Assembly (NCBI RefSeq): GCF_006345805.1
Contig: NW_021823708.1
Coordinates: forward strand, 1 to 22,289
Reading direction: 5' to 3'
DNA from: Octopus sinensis
Taxonomy: Eukaryota
DNA: 22,289 bases
The translations under genes and the position numbers were made by a program. How positions within the stretch are numbered: position 1 is the stretch's first letter; every line of letters starts with the position of its first letter. Of the stretch, positions 20,934 through 22,289 are shown piece by piece. The notes beneath the pieces were generated by a model. That model was not told the origin of the DNA and did not search any database. It saw only the letters and a list, made by a program, of their open reading frames with translations.

Positions 20934-21039
20934 TATATTTAAACCTCTTTTCTTCTCATCTCTTACTCTTCTCTTCTCTAACTGGAACTCCGCCCCCGAT
21001 CTGCCTTGTATGGTAGAATCGTTATCATGCTGCGCGATA

Positions 21040-21672
21040 TCTCACTTCGAATGCTACCTTCATGCACTTCAAGAACAAGAGATCATCCTTAAGTACTTGC
21101 AGCATAAAAGGCAGAAAACGTTGATAGACAACAAATGTAGGCTTTGTAAGACCAATACAGCAGACGTCTTCCCGGTCTTATTTTCCCATGAGGCATGATG
21201 CGGTGACCATAAGAGTCTAGAACAAGTTAACAAAAGAGATAACTAAGGACGAAGTTGACTATATTGAGACCGATGACTCAAAAGAACACTGGTGCAGCTT
21301 GAAAATTCAAAGAACCACCAAGTTACAACACAACCGGCCAAATACTGTTGTGTGGGACCACAAGAAGAAGATAAGTTCTGTCGTGAAAATCAGATGTCCC
21401 TGGATACCAATGTAGTTAGAAAAATACAAGAGAAAAAGAACATCTACGAACTATTGAGGGGGAGTTTGCAAATCCAGCACTCAAGATACACTTTTAGCTC
21501 CATACTTATTATTACTAGAGTAACAGGATATATACCAACCAGTTTCGAGCAAAGTATGGTTGAACTTGGGATCTTGGGGAGATAACGCAAATCCTCAATT
21601 CATACGCTACAAATAATCAAGATATCTGAGATGATAAAAATCTGCAAGACCTTCTTAAGAATCAAAGGATGA
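21040..21672 (+). mobile_element. R4-clade retrotransposon fragment (CCHC plus RLE), lineage B
   Basis: HALQEQEIILKY...DNKCRLCKTNTADVF, RHDAV, HNRPNTVVWD...IRCPLDTNVVRKIQEKKNIY, IKICKTFLRIKG then stop; frameshifted. Confidence 0.8.
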
Positions 21673-21892
21673 TGGTTAAAAGAAGATACTTTCGTTCAAA
21701 ACCTTGATACCAACTAGATGGCCGATCAACATTCATTTTAAATTTTAAAATGAGGAAGAGAACATGTATATATAATATACATACATGCATGCATGCAGCC
21801 TCTCCGTTTCTTTCCGTCTCTATCTCTCGCATTTATGTATCGACGAAAATATATACATGCTCTCTCATACAAACATGCACATATACATACAC

Positions 21893-22245
21893 ATTATAGA
21901 GGTCAGCTACTCTGCAGATATAAATATATCTTTGAAAATCAAAGAAAAAGAGGTTATCTATGGACAACTGCTTCGAAATCGCTAGCTTTTATATCCAGAC
22001 TATGAATTCATATTCATATCAATAATAATTGGAGCACTAGGTTTTGTTAGTAAATGCATAAAGAAGAATCTGGATAAACTGGGATTTTCAGAAAGAGAAA
22101 TCGACCGGCTAATTCGTACATTACGAGTACAGTCTATGAGTGGAACAGTAAAAATATGCAAGACTTTTCTCAAGTTCCAAATGTGAATGTATCTGTGTTA
22201 ACTACATCCTAGATATGGAGCCTTGTATCTTTATTGGAAACCGAC
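21893..22245 (+). mobile_element. R4-clade retrotransposon 3' end (RLE), lineage B, followed by (CATA)n
   Basis: IIEVSYSADINISLKIKEKEVIYGQLLRN*LLYPDYEFIFISIIIGALGFV...QSMSGTVKICKTFLKFQM, stop at 22184-22186; one internal stop. Confidence 0.85.
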
Positions 22246-22289
22246 TCATACATATATAAATAGAAGACATACATACATACATACATACA

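Overview
AT-rich eukaryotic (animal) genomic DNA with no intact protein-coding gene, rRNA, true tRNA or CRISPR array that I can support. The microsatellite density and SINE types resemble coleoid cephalopod (Octopus-like) DNA; this is recognition from memory, not a database search. The window is a layered transposon graveyard: a Helitron Rep/Hel fossil with a nested SINE and a HINE-like element, a pogo/Tigger transposase remnant, a CR1/L2-type LINE 3' end, five R4/Dong-clade (restriction-like endonuclease) retrotransposon fragments, at least four tRNA-derived SINE types, two MITEs, a ~1 kb tandem duplication and long (TA)n, (CA)n, (GA)n, (ATT)n and (CATA)n tracts. Most ORF-track entries are microsatellite or antisense artefacts. 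The most interesting signals are a ~420 bp near-perfect foldback fused to an R4 remnant, a SINE whose 3' junctions always abut TACC and which forms tandem and nested arrays within its own family, a LINE-SINE shared 3' stem-loop with covarying stems, and an unclassified ~270 bp insertion carrying clustered CCAAT/ETS/YY1 motifs.
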